Source: a virus (taxonomy: Duplodnaviria; Caudoviricetes). Taken from it: a DNA stretch of 64,000 nt. The notes under the pieces are model-generated. The model was given only the letters and a program-made list of their open reading frames with translations, was not told the origin of the DNA and ran no database searches. Location: IMG/VR virus record IMGVR_UViG_3300006851_000007, positions 32,001 through 96,000 of that record, one strand, 5' to 3'. The translations under genes were made by a program, and so were the position numbers. Shown here in pieces: positions 10,020-20,700 of this stretch (the stretch's first letter is position 1; each line of letters opens with the position of its first letter).

Positions 10020-11977
10020 TGTCCGCAGTCTCCGAAATTAGAAAGTTTAAGCTATCACCTGTTTTTTTATCCCAATATGCAACCAGGGAGGTTGACTGGG
10101 GCTTTGGTGACTTTTCATACGTTGTTTACAAGAGGACTTATGCGAGAAGGGTCGAGGGTGAGGATAGGACGGAGGAGTGGTGGGAGACCTGCCGGAGAGT
10201 CATAGAGGGTATGTTCACAACCCAGAAGGCTCATTGTCACCAGTTAAGATTACCGTGGTGTAATCGTAAGGCCCAGAGGTCTGCTCAGGAGGCCTACGAC
10301 AGGATGTTTAACTTCAAGTGGACGCCATCAGGTAGAGGTCTATGGATGATGGGCACCGATTTTGTTTGGGAGAGATCGGGTGCCGGTCTGAACAATTGTG
10401 CGTTCGTCACCACGGAAAACATTACCGGGGGGTACTCATCTCCATTTACATGGATGTTTGAGATGAGCATGCTAGGAGTGGGCGTCGGGTACGACACAAA
10501 GGGTGCGGGAACTATAGAGATTGCAGAACCTAGAAGAACTGATGAGGTTCATTATGTGGAAGATTCTAGAGAAGGGTGGGCAGAATCTTTAAGAATTCTC
10601 CTCGATGCTTTTGTGGGCAAGGGGGCGATCCCAGTGTGGGATTTTAGTCTAGTTAGAGAGAGAGGAGCAAAAATAAAAGGGTTTGGTGGTGTGGCTTCTG
10701 GCCCAGCACCTTTAAAAGAGATGCTCAAAAGGGTGGATGAAATTCACATGAACAGTGTAGGAGAAAAGATTAGCTCCACCCTTATATCAGACACAATGAA
10801 CCTTATCGCAAAGTGTGTGGTGTCTGGAGGGGTGAGGCGTAGCGCGCTTATCGCTCTTGGAGATAAGGATGATGAGGAGTTTGCAAACCTTAAGGCTGAC
10901 CATGAAAAATTAATGGACTACAGGTGGGCGTCAAATAACTCTATCTTCGCCTCCATAGGCATGGACTATAGCTATCATGCACCCCTGGCCGCAAGAAACG
11001 GGGAGCCGAATTTTGTCTTTATGGAAAATGTGCACCGGTTTGGCAGGACTGGTGACCCTGAAGATAACCGTGATGCTGGAGCAATGGGCTTTAACCCATG
11101 TGCGGAACAACCTCTGTGGGATAAGGAGTTGTGCAACCTTGTAGAAACATATCCAGCCAGACACGACTCGGTGGAGGATTACCTTAGGACTCTTAAGTTT
11201 GCATATCTTTACGGCAAAACCGTGTCTCTTATTCCAACACACTCGCCAGAAACCAATGCGATTATGATGCGCAATCGGCGTATTGGGTTGTCGATGAGCG
11301 GTGTTGTACAAAACATTGAGAAGGTCGGATTAAGAAACCACCTCGAGATGTGTGATGTCGGATATAAGTACGTCAAAGAGTTGGATAAGACCTATAGCGA
11401 CTGGCTGTGTGTCCCCAGGAGCATAAGAATGACTACCGTAAAACCCAGCGGTACAGTGTCTCTTTTGCCGGGAGCCACCCCTGGAATCCACCACCCAATC
11501 TCCGAGTTCTATATAAGGAGAATGCGTATAGCAAACACCTCCGATCTCTGGGGTAAACTAAAAGATGCTGGATATCATGTGGAGGATTGTGTTAACGCTC
11601 CAGATACAAAGGTTGTGGAATTTCCCATTAGGGTCGAGAATTTTGGGAGGGCAGAAACGGATGTATCTATGTGGGAGCAGGTTAATCTTGTCTCTCTCAT
11701 GCAACAATACTGGAGTGATAACTCGGTTAGCTGCACAGTGAAGATCACAAAAGAGGAGGGTGAGGAGCTGGATAGGGTGATTGAGGCATACGAAGACAGG
11801 CTCAAGAGTATCTCATTTCTCCCTCACAGCGACCACGGATATGAGCAGGCTCCGTATGAACCTATCACGCAGGAAGAATACGAAAGCCTCCGCAAAAACA
11901 TATCTCCGATCAATATAGGTGACGCAAAGCACGAGGTAACCGAGAAGTTCTGCGACGGGGATACGTGCATGGTTTAA
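10016..11977 (+). CDS. nrdJ: class II (adenosylcobalamin-dependent) ribonucleotide reductase
   Basis: PSGRGLW, NNCAF, NPCAEQ, TTVKPSGTVS, C-terminal CDGDTC; no small subunit nearby. Confidence 0.93.
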   Translation: MMSAVSEIRKFKLSPVFLSQYATREVDWGFGDFSYVVYKRTYARRVEGEDRTEEWWETCRRVIEGMFTTQKAHCHQLRLPWCNRKAQRSAQEAYDRMFNFKWTPSGRGLWMMGTDFVWERSGAGLNNCAFVTTENITGGYSSPFTWMFEMSMLGVGVGYDTKGAGTIEIAEPRRTDEVHYVEDSREGWAESLRILLDAFVGKGAIPVWDFSLVRERGAKIKGFGGVASGPAPLKEMLKRVDEIHMNSVGEKISSTLISDTMNLIAKCVVSGGVRRSALIALGDKDDEEFANLKADHEKLMDYRWASNNSIFASIGMDYSYHAPLAARNGEPNFVFMENVHRFGRTGDPEDNRDAGAMGFNPCAEQPLWDKELCNLVETYPARHDSVEDYLRTLKFAYLYGKTVSLIPTHSPETNAIMMRNRRIGLSMSGVVQNIEKVGLRNHLEMCDVGYKYVKELDKTYSDWLCVPRSIRMTTVKPSGTVSLLPGATPGIHHPISEFYIRRMRIANTSDLWGKLKDAGYHVEDCVNAPDTKVVEFPIRVENFGRAETDVSMWEQVNLVSLMQQYWSDNSVSCTVKITKEEGEELDRVIEAYEDRLKSISFLPHSDHGYEQAPYEPITQEEYESLRKNISPINIGDAKHEVTEKFCDGDTCMV

Positions 11978-11996
11978 TAAAACCTAGATAGCGAGT

Positions 11997-12028
11997 AAAA
12001 AAAAGACCCCACCGAAGTGGGGTCTCTT
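11997..12028 (-). terminator. intrinsic terminator between convergent genes
   Basis: AGACCCCAC-CGAA-GTGGGGTCT with an 8-A run (U-tract on the minus strand). Confidence 0.85.
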
Positions 12029-12035
12029 GGGCACA

Positions 12036-12308
12036 TCAAGAGTAACCCTCGATGTACCCTCGGATGAGAGCTAGTTTGGTTAACCGGCTTTCGATCATCT
12101 GGTTATCTACATCCCCCCTCTTGAAGAGGGGGGTTTTTCCACTCTCTCGGTCTTCTCGACCTCTCTGCTTTCCCTTCTCATACGCCCGGAGAATCTCCGG
12201 GCGTACGCGGTTTTGCAGGTAGTCCTGCAACGCCTCCCCGTACTTATCGTCGTATAAAACCGACAGGAAGAACAATCTTTTAACCTGTTTCTCGAAGCTT
12301 ACGCTCAT
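12036..12308 (-). CDS. hypothetical protein
   Basis: MSVSFEKQ start preceded by AAGGAG; has its own promoter and terminator. Confidence 0.7.
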   Translation of the reverse strand: MSVSFEKQVKRLFFLSVLYDDKYGEALQDYLQNRVRPEILRAYEKGKQRGREDRESGKTPLFKRGDVDNQMIESRLTKLALIRGYIEGYS

Positions 12309-12314
12309 ATCTCT

Positions 12315-12361
12315 CTCCTTCATATATATGGAGTAACCCACTGTTACTCCTTCATATATAT
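12315..12361. repeat. 15-bp direct repeat flanking an 8-bp hairpin in a 5' UTR
   Basis: CTCCTTCATATATAT at 12315-12329 and 12347-12361; GGAGTAAC/GTTACTCC at 12330-12350. Confidence 0.85.
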
Positions 12362-12390
12362 TATTACGTAAACAGGCTCTATAATTTAGC
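12360..12390 (-). promoter_or_regulatory. GCTAAAT-class promoter
   Basis: Minus strand reads GCTAAATT..CGTAATAAT; same motif at 53845, 57491 and 57915. Confidence 0.65.
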
Positions 12391-12487
12391 ATTTTGATCG
12401 ACACATAAACCATCCTTACTTTTGTCATGATGGTTAAATGTGGTATTATTTGGTTGAACTATTGGTAAAATCAGGTATGGTGCTAGC

Positions 12488-12658
12488 ATGGAAAAGTATG
12501 GAGTAATGACTGACCCTGAAATCAAAACCGCTTCTGGTAGGATGCACTGCCCTGAATGTGGGGCGGTAGCGGAAGATCATGGCGTATTAATTTGCCCAAA
12601 TCATGGATCGGAGCCATTTGAGTATGATAAATGTGACGCCAAGGAAGTACAAGATTAA
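12488..12658 (+). CDS. small zinc-ribbon protein (56 aa, not in ORF track)
   Basis: MEKYGVMTDPEIKTASGRMHCPECG..CPNHGSEPFE; CxxC and CxxH. Confidence 0.75.
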   Translation: MEKYGVMTDPEIKTASGRMHCPECGAVAEDHGVLICPNHGSEPFEYDKCDAKEVQD

Positions 12659-12959
12659 TAGAGTTTATGTGTCCTCTGAAGGTCTGTTTGACAACGATAA
12701 GGAGAGGGTGTTTTTTTTAGGTGTATTTACAAGAAATGTCACAGAAGAGGACATTAGAAACAGTCTTACAGAATTTGGCCTATGGTCGATGGTTTTAACT
12801 CCTAACTTTTTCGCCCAGGGTAAGAGTACTATAAGTATGATACCAGGATTTATAACCGAGGGTCCTATTTTTGAAAACGCGATAGAGTTCGCAATCAATC
12901 TCAAGGGCGGCACAACATACCAGGATATTTGCAGAGGAAGCGATTATGTGGAAATTTGA
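12624..12959 (+). CDS. hypothetical protein
   Basis: ORF overlapping both neighbours; start uncertain (12603 or 12624). Confidence 0.55.
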   Translation: MINVTPRKYKINRVYVSSEGLFDNDKERVFFLGVFTRNVTEEDIRNSLTEFGLWSMVLTPNFFAQGKSTISMIPGFITEGPIFENAIEFAINLKGGTTYQDICRGSDYVEI

Positions 12960-13968
12960 AAAAAGGGCTGGACTAATTTTAGATCAACAAGATGATCCTG
13001 GGTTTGGGTGGGATAAGATAGCCTCATTTTGGCCCGATGATATGGATAGGCCTGACATCGGAATCGACCTGTCTGAAGCCAACTGTATCGCAGAGCTCTC
13101 TGATGGTCATACAAAATTGGCAAAATACCCAACCGACTCCCCGGAGAATACCTTAGCCAGCTCTATGTACTTTCTGATGTATGGGATCGACTCCATAGAA
13201 AAGAGAGCACATAAGCATATTGCCCAGGGTCTCAAGAATGCGCGAGTGGCGTGGGATGTAAGCATTCCGGATGGCTTTGTGGATTATGTTAGGAGCACCT
13301 CATTTGAGAAAGAGGCCTCTGTTGAAGATGATGTTTTTGCTGACTCTGAAGGCAACCTTCCCGTAACAACTGAGAATCAATGTAGGAGAAGCATTGATGT
13401 GTTTGAGAAGCACGCTAGCAGGTGGAATGCGTCAGAGAGAATGATTATCGGGAGAAGTCTCCAGGAGGCTGCAGATTATCACGGCCTTGGTATAAATGTC
13501 AGGTACGCTGGCATGGAAATGTCGAAAAATGCGTCCGGGGCGATAAACGTAAGAGAGAGGGTTATGAAGAACATGTATGATCATCCGGGCAGGGTGCAGT
13601 ACTTGTCCAGCCTTGATGAGTTCAGAACCCGTCTCGCTAACCTGGAAGATTACAATGATTTAGTCGCAGCAGCTAATGAGCTCGAGCATCTCGATAAGGA
13701 GGCTGGCATGGATATTGGCTGGGGGGATTTCTTTCCAGATCCTGTGGAATCTCTGCTGGAGGGGGTTTCCGAAGACCTGTTCCCAGATCTGACAAAACAT
13801 GCCGAGCGTGATTACGATGCGATAGACTGGAGCGGGCTGGCAAACTACTTTGATGAAGACATCGCCAACCAGATCGCAGCCGACCCTCAGGGCGTTATCC
13901 CGACACTTCCAACTCCCCAAAGAAACATAGTCGAGGACTATATTAATGAGAGAATTCGATCCAAGTAG
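12946..13968 (+). CDS. hypothetical acidic head-associated protein, K-x-A rich
   Basis: About 10 K-x-A motifs (EKRA x2, DKIA, TKLA, LKNA, EKEA, EKHA, SKNA, DKEA, TKHA). Confidence 0.6.
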   Translation: MWKFEKRAGLILDQQDDPGFGWDKIASFWPDDMDRPDIGIDLSEANCIAELSDGHTKLAKYPTDSPENTLASSMYFLMYGIDSIEKRAHKHIAQGLKNARVAWDVSIPDGFVDYVRSTSFEKEASVEDDVFADSEGNLPVTTENQCRRSIDVFEKHASRWNASERMIIGRSLQEAADYHGLGINVRYAGMEMSKNASGAINVRERVMKNMYDHPGRVQYLSSLDEFRTRLANLEDYNDLVAAANELEHLDKEAGMDIGWGDFFPDPVESLLEGVSEDLFPDLTKHAERDYDAIDWSGLANYFDEDIANQIAADPQGVIPTLPTPQRNIVEDYINERIRSK

Positions 13969-15091
13969 AGCGCAAATCGGTGCCATAGCCTACCTCAGTG
14001 GAAAAGAGGGGGTTGTCGACCCTTCTTTATTCTCCAACAGTAAGAGGAATCATGTTGTAAATGATGGTTCCTACGCCGACCATCATGTGGCATCATACGA
14101 GCACGACGATGAGGATTATACTCTATCTAAGGAAGCTCGGAGTTTGCCCCCGAGATCGCATGTAGAACAGCCGGACTTTAGCGGGTTTGACGGCGATGAT
14201 TCTATAGAGAGTGGGCCGTCCATCAAAGAGGTTCCTGTTGGTCTTAATCAGAGGTCCTTTGATGGTAAGGACGATATGTCCCTGAAGGAGTTTGTTCGCG
14301 CAAGATTGTCTTCTCTCAGAGCTGAGGTGCAGAATAAGGAGAAGGCTTTCCTGGCAAGACAGATTGATAACCAGAAAAGTAGGTATGAACAAAGCCTCAC
14401 CATTCCCACCGACACGTCAATAGATAGAAATTTAATATTGCAGGAAAACCCCAGCGTATTTAAAAGTGCTGAGAACGCTCTTGCGATACTGGCTGATGAT
14501 GACGCCAACCCTGTCGTGATAATGCTCATTCTAAGTCGTAGCTGGGGAGACGAGTGGTATGACTGGGAGATAGAAACAATCATACAGACTGCAAGGATGG
14601 ATGCGGGGGTGGAGATAAGTAGGCTAAACCAAGATAAGGTAATGGCTTTAAAGGTTCTGAAAAATACTGACAGGTTTTTTAAAGACCCGAGAGTTTTTGA
14701 GAAGGTGTGTACAGCGCTATCTGGCAAACAGGTTGATTGGGGTCATATACAAGAGCCCTGCACTCATGAAATAGCCGCATGTGTTGGTCTGGTTGAAAGG
14801 TATATCAAGGAGGATAGCTTCTCTGACGATGTGGCCGCGTATGTGGCCGCTGCTGCCGTGAGGGATGGCTTCATCTTGCTGCCTTCTGTTTTAAGTTTTG
14901 CAGAGTATCCTTTCTCAAGCCAGCTTGCATCAAATATTGGCGATGAAGCTATAGATAAGCAACAGAGACTCATGGACGCTCTAGAGGGGGATGATCCCGA
15001 AGGGTTGACCCCCGACGATGTCGTGCAGTATATGAGACTATTGAGATGCCAATACCACATGCAAGAAATGATTGATGAGGTGCGTTCATGA
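13946..15091 (+). CDS. hypothetical protein upstream of portal
   Basis: 381-aa coupled ORF; SKEA and FKSA motifs. Confidence 0.65.
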   Translation: MREFDPSRAQIGAIAYLSGKEGVVDPSLFSNSKRNHVVNDGSYADHHVASYEHDDEDYTLSKEARSLPPRSHVEQPDFSGFDGDDSIESGPSIKEVPVGLNQRSFDGKDDMSLKEFVRARLSSLRAEVQNKEKAFLARQIDNQKSRYEQSLTIPTDTSIDRNLILQENPSVFKSAENALAILADDDANPVVIMLILSRSWGDEWYDWEIETIIQTARMDAGVEISRLNQDKVMALKVLKNTDRFFKDPRVFEKVCTALSGKQVDWGHIQEPCTHEIAACVGLVERYIKEDSFSDDVAAYVAAAAVRDGFILLPSVLSFAEYPFSSQLASNIGDEAIDKQQRLMDALEGDDPEGLTPDDVVQYMRLLRCQYHMQEMIDEVRS

Positions 15092-17292
15092 TAAGGTCTG
15101 CTAGCCCACTATCGCTTGCCAGGCAGCAGTATCCGGATCCATTTCTGGACATTGCCAGCACAAAACTCCCCAAGACACAAAAGAAGCTGTTTGAGCTTCT
15201 ATGGCTCTTTGCGACAACACATCCCCAGATATCGCCGATTGTGAAAAAACTGGCGAAATACCCCATTACTAAAATCATTGTTAATGCGGACAATCCCAAA
15301 CTCACAGCAATCGAGAATAAGTGGAAGAGCACGATCGAGAATGATCTAAACTTTTATGAAGCTGCGGAAGCCATGGGTTTGGATTTTTTCGGTTTGGGTA
15401 ACTGCTTCATAGTTGTGCACAGGCCTTTTATCAGGATGTATACTTGCAACAGATGCAAGGAAAGAAATACTGCCGGTACCGTTAAATACAATATTTCTGG
15501 AAAATCAGTTGTTGGGATATGCCCCAAATGCAAGCAGAAAACAACCTTTACTCCCACTGATGAGAAAATCAGGAATCCCAAGGGAATCAGGATAGTACGG
15601 ATACCTCCGCAAGATATGTATATCAAACAGGTTGAGACCACAGGAGAGCATTTTTACTACAGGGAGGTTCCATCGTCTTTAAAAAGGGCGGTTAGCAAGA
15701 CCAGGCCAGATAGGGAGATTATTGACAACACTCCGTGGGATTATGTCAGGGCCGCTCTTGAAGGAAAAAAAATAAGGTTTAGGGAGGGTAAAATACTTCA
15801 TCTTAAAGAACCCTCCGTTTCGGGAAAGAGTTCTGAGTGGGGGACTCCGATCATCATGGCCGGACTAAAAGATGCGTACTTAAATCAAATATATAAGAAG
15901 GCCGACGAGTCGGTGGCCAATGAAAGGTCTGTTCCAGCCAGATTTGTGTACCCTCAGCCAACATCAGATAACCCGCTCGGGACGATATCTTTAGCAAAGT
16001 TTTCCAACTTTATGGGGCAATCTCTAAGGCGGTGGAGGCATGACAAGAATGCTGTGATGGTGTCCCCATTCCCTGTTGGGGTGGCTGAAGTGGGGGGTGA
16101 CGCACAGAGGCTGAATACAGCGAACCTCCGCCAACTCACAATAAGGGAGATTATTGGATCCACCGGGGTTCCTGAGGGTTTTCTTGCAGACGGGATGACC
16201 TGGAGCGGCGGGTCTGTACAGTTAAGAATGCTCGAAAACATGATCATGGGGTACAAAAGAGCTCTTGACAGGATGCTTTGGTTCGTCGTCTCTGAGGTTG
16301 AGAAGATAACCGAGTGGCCTCATGTGGACGTTCACATGAAACCATTCAGGATGGCTGACGACATCCAGATGCTTCAAATTTTATTGCAGTTGGCACAACT
16401 TAAGCATGTCTCGTTTGAGGAAATACTTGAGAGGATTGATCTTGATTGGGAAGAAGAACATAAAAAGGTGCTAAGAGAGACCGAGAAGGTCATGGACATC
16501 AATCTCAAAGAGTCCCTACTCGAGGTTAAGTCGATGCTTCAGGCGGTTGATTACCAAGTGGAGGTCCAGGGTAGAGAATCGTCAGTAACAGAATTGATAC
16601 AAGAGAAGAACAAGTCTGAGGAGGCCACAACCTCTCACCTCAAGAGGATACAGTCCTTTGATGAGTATAAGGACAGTATTGAGGAGCGGGATGCCGAGGC
16701 TGGTCAGGAAGAGGCTCAGGAGCAACAACAGGCCGCTAATGTCAAACAAACCTTAGATGCTGCAAGGGCGGAGAAATACAAGGCTGAGGCGGCAAGAACA
16801 GAGTCTCGCATAGCTCCAATAGTTCAGAATCTGACGGATAGGCTTATGAGAATGAGTGAGGGTGAGCGAAACAACAGACTTCAAGCCTTGGTGGAGTCGG
16901 CACCAGTAATAGCAGAGCAGGTCCAGGAGCAACTTGAATTGAGAATGTCTGGTAGCGGGCAGCAAGCTGAGGAGGGCGAAGAGCAAGTTGAGGGAGGCGG
17001 GGATCACACTGAGGAGCCTGCTGAAACTCAAGGTGGATCCAGTGAGGATCCTTCCGAGGTGCTTAACAGACTCAGGACGGAAAGCAAGAGTCCCGCAGAT
17101 ATGGCAAATTCCATCATAATGCTCCCAGGTAACATCAGACAGGCTGTGTTTGCACAACTTCGACAAGAGGATCCCCAGCTTGCCATAACCGTTATGCGAG
17201 AACTTGTGGGTAGCAGAAAAAAAGGTAGAGGTGGAGGTGGGTCGATAAGCCCACCCCAGCCCGAACAAAGACCTCCGAGGAGTAACCAATGA
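15088..17292 (+). CDS. probable portal protein with Zn-ribbon insertion and long acidic C-terminal extension
   Basis: Size and portal-like segments (KILHLKEP..EWGTPII, IIGSTGVPEGFL), CNRC..CPKC; assignment by pattern and context. Confidence 0.6.
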   Translation: MIRSASPLSLARQQYPDPFLDIASTKLPKTQKKLFELLWLFATTHPQISPIVKKLAKYPITKIIVNADNPKLTAIENKWKSTIENDLNFYEAAEAMGLDFFGLGNCFIVVHRPFIRMYTCNRCKERNTAGTVKYNISGKSVVGICPKCKQKTTFTPTDEKIRNPKGIRIVRIPPQDMYIKQVETTGEHFYYREVPSSLKRAVSKTRPDREIIDNTPWDYVRAALEGKKIRFREGKILHLKEPSVSGKSSEWGTPIIMAGLKDAYLNQIYKKADESVANERSVPARFVYPQPTSDNPLGTISLAKFSNFMGQSLRRWRHDKNAVMVSPFPVGVAEVGGDAQRLNTANLRQLTIREIIGSTGVPEGFLADGMTWSGGSVQLRMLENMIMGYKRALDRMLWFVVSEVEKITEWPHVDVHMKPFRMADDIQMLQILLQLAQLKHVSFEEILERIDLDWEEEHKKVLRETEKVMDINLKESLLEVKSMLQAVDYQVEVQGRESSVTELIQEKNKSEEATTSHLKRIQSFDEYKDSIEERDAEAGQEEAQEQQQAANVKQTLDAARAEKYKAEAARTESRIAPIVQNLTDRLMRMSEGERNNRLQALVESAPVIAEQVQEQLELRMSGSGQQAEEGEEQVEGGGDHTEEPAETQGGSSEDPSEVLNRLRTESKSPADMANSIIMLPGNIRQAVFAQLRQEDPQLAITVMRELVGSRKKGRGGGGSISPPQPEQRPPRSNQ

Positions 17293-17684
17293 GTGCCAAG
17301 TCAACCCCAATGGGTAATCCCTTTTTTATCAATGAGACAGATCTTGCTTTCTCCGACAGGAGGACCAAGTTCCACTCGAGAATCTTTGTGCTCTCAAAGC
17401 ATGGTGGGGATAATGAAGAATATGAAGAGCTTATGAATTCTCTACATCCGTTTGACCAGGAGTCAAACATGATAGTTAACCCCTACAGTAAGATCATAAG
17501 ATCTATTGACAGTGAGGGTAATATCGTAGTCCATGTCGAATATCTAGAGCTTCTCGAGGATGAGCCCGACTACCTGGCAATGGCTAGAAGTATGGCTGAA
17601 AGGGAGGGTAGAGCCGGGGACGAGGAATTTATTAAATATCTAGAAAGAAGCCTGAGGTCTAGCGCCAACTCTATCAACTGGTGA
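17289..17684 (+). CDS. hypothetical protein
   Basis: 131-aa ORF coupled to the portal stop. Confidence 0.65.
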   Translation: MSAKSTPMGNPFFINETDLAFSDRRTKFHSRIFVLSKHGGDNEEYEELMNSLHPFDQESNMIVNPYSKIIRSIDSEGNIVVHVEYLELLEDEPDYLAMARSMAEREGRAGDEEFIKYLERSLRSSANSINW

Positions 17685-17702
17685 GCATCATTAGCTTAAT
17701 AG

Positions 17703-17731
17703 CCTCCGGTATAATATAATATCACCGGAGG
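17703..17731 (+). promoter_or_regulatory. inverted repeat enclosing tandem TATAAT boxes and ending in the RNAP RBS
   Basis: CCTCCGGT-ATAATATAATATC-ACCGGAGG. Confidence 0.65.
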
Positions 17732-17736
17732 TGCTC

Positions 17737-20700
17737 ATGAACTTTGAAATATCTTTTGAAACCCACAAAAATCTTTTAAAAAATCTTGAATCTGAGATCA
17801 AGAAGGTGTTGGCTGTCTCAGACGGCAACAGATCTCTTGAGGTTGAGAGTGTTGATATTCCCACTCTTGATACAACAGAAAATCTTGCCGCTGAAAAAGC
17901 GGCCAAAGTACAGGGAATTTCTTATACTGAGCCATTAAGGGCGACACTTGTCCTTAAGGAGGACGGGAAGGTTATCAACAGAGGCAAGGTGAAGATAATG
18001 GACCTTCCCCGAATAACCTCTCGCGGATCCTATATAGTGAGTGGCGGAGAATATACGTTCCCCTTGCAGAAGCGCCTAATCCCCGGGGTGTACGTCCAAG
18101 AAAAGGATGACGGCACTATATCAGGATGGATGAACTCCGGGAAGGGGGTCAATATGACCATAATCCTCAGAGAGGGTGGGGATTTTTTATTGAAAGTCGG
18201 CACTGGCCATATAAACCTGACCGCATTCCTGTTAGGTATGGGTGCACCTGCCGATACTCTACGAAAGGTGTGGGGGAGAGAGGTATATGAAACAAATATA
18301 GCATCCAGAGGGGCAAATGACCCTCTGGGGGCGCTTAAAAGTTTCTATAGCAGGGTGAAGTATCCTACAGACGAACCTTTTGTCACGGATGATATTCCTG
18401 GGTACAGGAAGTGGATTAGTGATTATTTTAGGGACAAGTCTGAATTCGATGCAGATAATGTGGAGATAACCCTGGGGGTAAAACATTCGAGCAACGGCAT
18501 CGGTCTCATGCTGGACACCACCAGGAAAATCCTGGCTGTATCCAGGGGTGAAAAGGAGGAGGATAACAGAGAATCGCTTATCCATAACCATATATATGAC
18601 CTGTCCGACTTTATCATAGAAAGGATAAATCAAAGGCAATACAAAAGTCGTATAACCAGGACTATTAGAAGAAATATAAAACGATATAACAAAGTTTCGG
18701 ATATATACTCAAAAGATTTACTGCAAACCCCGGTAGAATCTACATTCACACAGACAAGCCTGAGTCGTATGCCGAAGCAGACAAACCCTATGGACGTCAT
18801 ATCTTCATTTACGGAGATAACGGTCATGGGGGAGGGTGGAATTCGCGATGTTCATGCGATTCAATCCGATACAAGGGCTATCGACCCATCCCACCTGGCA
18901 TTTCTTGATCTCGCCCACACGCCAGAAGGGATAAATATCGGTACCAGCCTCCACATAGCTCATGGTGTTAGAAAAAAGGGGAAAAATCTTGTCAATAAAT
19001 TTTACGATGTCAAGACTGGCAAGTCTGTCGACCTGACGCCAAGAGAAGCGTTTAGTAAGTATATAATTTTTGCGGAGAGTTATAACAAGGACACTAAAAG
19101 AATAAAAACGGAAAAAGATGGCAGGGTTAAAGCCACGCACAAGGGTGAGATAAAGAAAATACCCCCATCAAAAGCTCAGTATGCTATTCGTACTACTACT
19201 GACATGTTTGATGTTAATACTATGGCGATCCCGTTTCTGTCTCACAACAACGGAACCAGGGTCATGACTGCCGCAAAAATGCAGACTCAGGCAAAGCCCT
19301 TGAAGTACCGCGAAGAGCCTGTAGTCAGATGTGCTATTCATGAAAGGTCTGACAAGACCGTAGAAGAGATTATGGGGAGAAGGAGTGCTCAAGAGTCTCC
19401 TGTGGACGGAGTGGTGAAAAAGGTTGGTAGAGACGAAGTTATAATCACCGACTCCTCTGGTAAAGATCACCGCGTGGGGATATTCCACAACTTTTGGATG
19501 AATGAGAACAACTATATCTCTTCAGAGGTTAAGGTAAAAAAGGGGGATAAAGTCAAGAAAGGTCAGATTATTGCTGACAACAATTACACCAAGAATGGTG
19601 TCATGGCTTTGGGCACAAATCTGAACGTCGCATATGTGGCCTATAAGGGTCTGAATCATGAGGACGGGGTGGTGGTATCCGAGACGGGAGCCAAGAAATT
19701 AACATCCCTCCACTCGTACCAGAAATCATGCCCCATAAACGACAATGACGTGACAGATAAGAGGAGGTATATAGCCTTTTTCCCCGCCATATTTACAAGA
19801 GAACAGCTTGATATGGTGGATGACAACGGTGTCGTTAAGCCTGGACAGACGGTGAAAAAGGGTGATCCCCTTTTATTGAAAATGAGAAAGGTGGAGGAGG
19901 AGGCTGTATCCAAGCAGTTGCAAAATATATCCAGACTCCTTGTTCAAGACTTCAGGGACACCTCAGTTATATGGGATATGGATGTTCCTGGGGAAGTCGC
20001 GGAAGTCCATGTTCGCAAGAAAGACATCCTTATCGTTGTCAAGACGGAAGAAGTGGCGAGAGTCGGAGATAAACTTGTAGGCAGGTACGGAAACAAAGGC
20101 ACCATTGTTACAATCTTGCCTGATAATGAAATGCCTAAGAATGAGGACGGCACCCCCATGGATATTCTTCTTAACCCGGATGGAGTTCCCGGAAGAATGA
20201 ATATGGGACAGATACTGGAAACCACAGCCTCCAGGATAGCTGATAAGACAGGCAAGCCCTACATAGCCAAACCGTTTGGTGGAGATTATACAAGAACCCT
20301 GGAGAAAGAGCTTAAGAGTCATAACCTTAAGGATCACGGAAGATTGATAGATGGGGATAGGTCCATTGATGGGGTTCTTCATGGCAAGCAGTACTTTTTC
20401 AAACTTGAGCACCAGGTTGATGTTAAAATGTCAGCAAGGGGAGCTGGCCCTGGATACTCCTATACGTCAGACGGCCAACCAGGACAGGGTGGGGGTCAAT
20501 CTGGAAGATCTATAGGTTTGGGTGAAATGTATGCCCTGCTTGCCCACGGGGCAGATATAAACATTAAGGAGATGTACACCTTTAAGGGGGATAAACAGCT
20601 GGAGATATGGAGGGCTATCGAAAGTGGTACATTTGTCCCCCCTCCGGATATGCCATACTCATCCAAAAAGTTTGCTGAGATGTTGAGGGGGATGGGGATT

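Noticed and set aside
12309-12428. N-terminal extension of ORF 12036-12428
   Set aside because: It spans the promoter and repeat; the SD-supported start is ATG 12308
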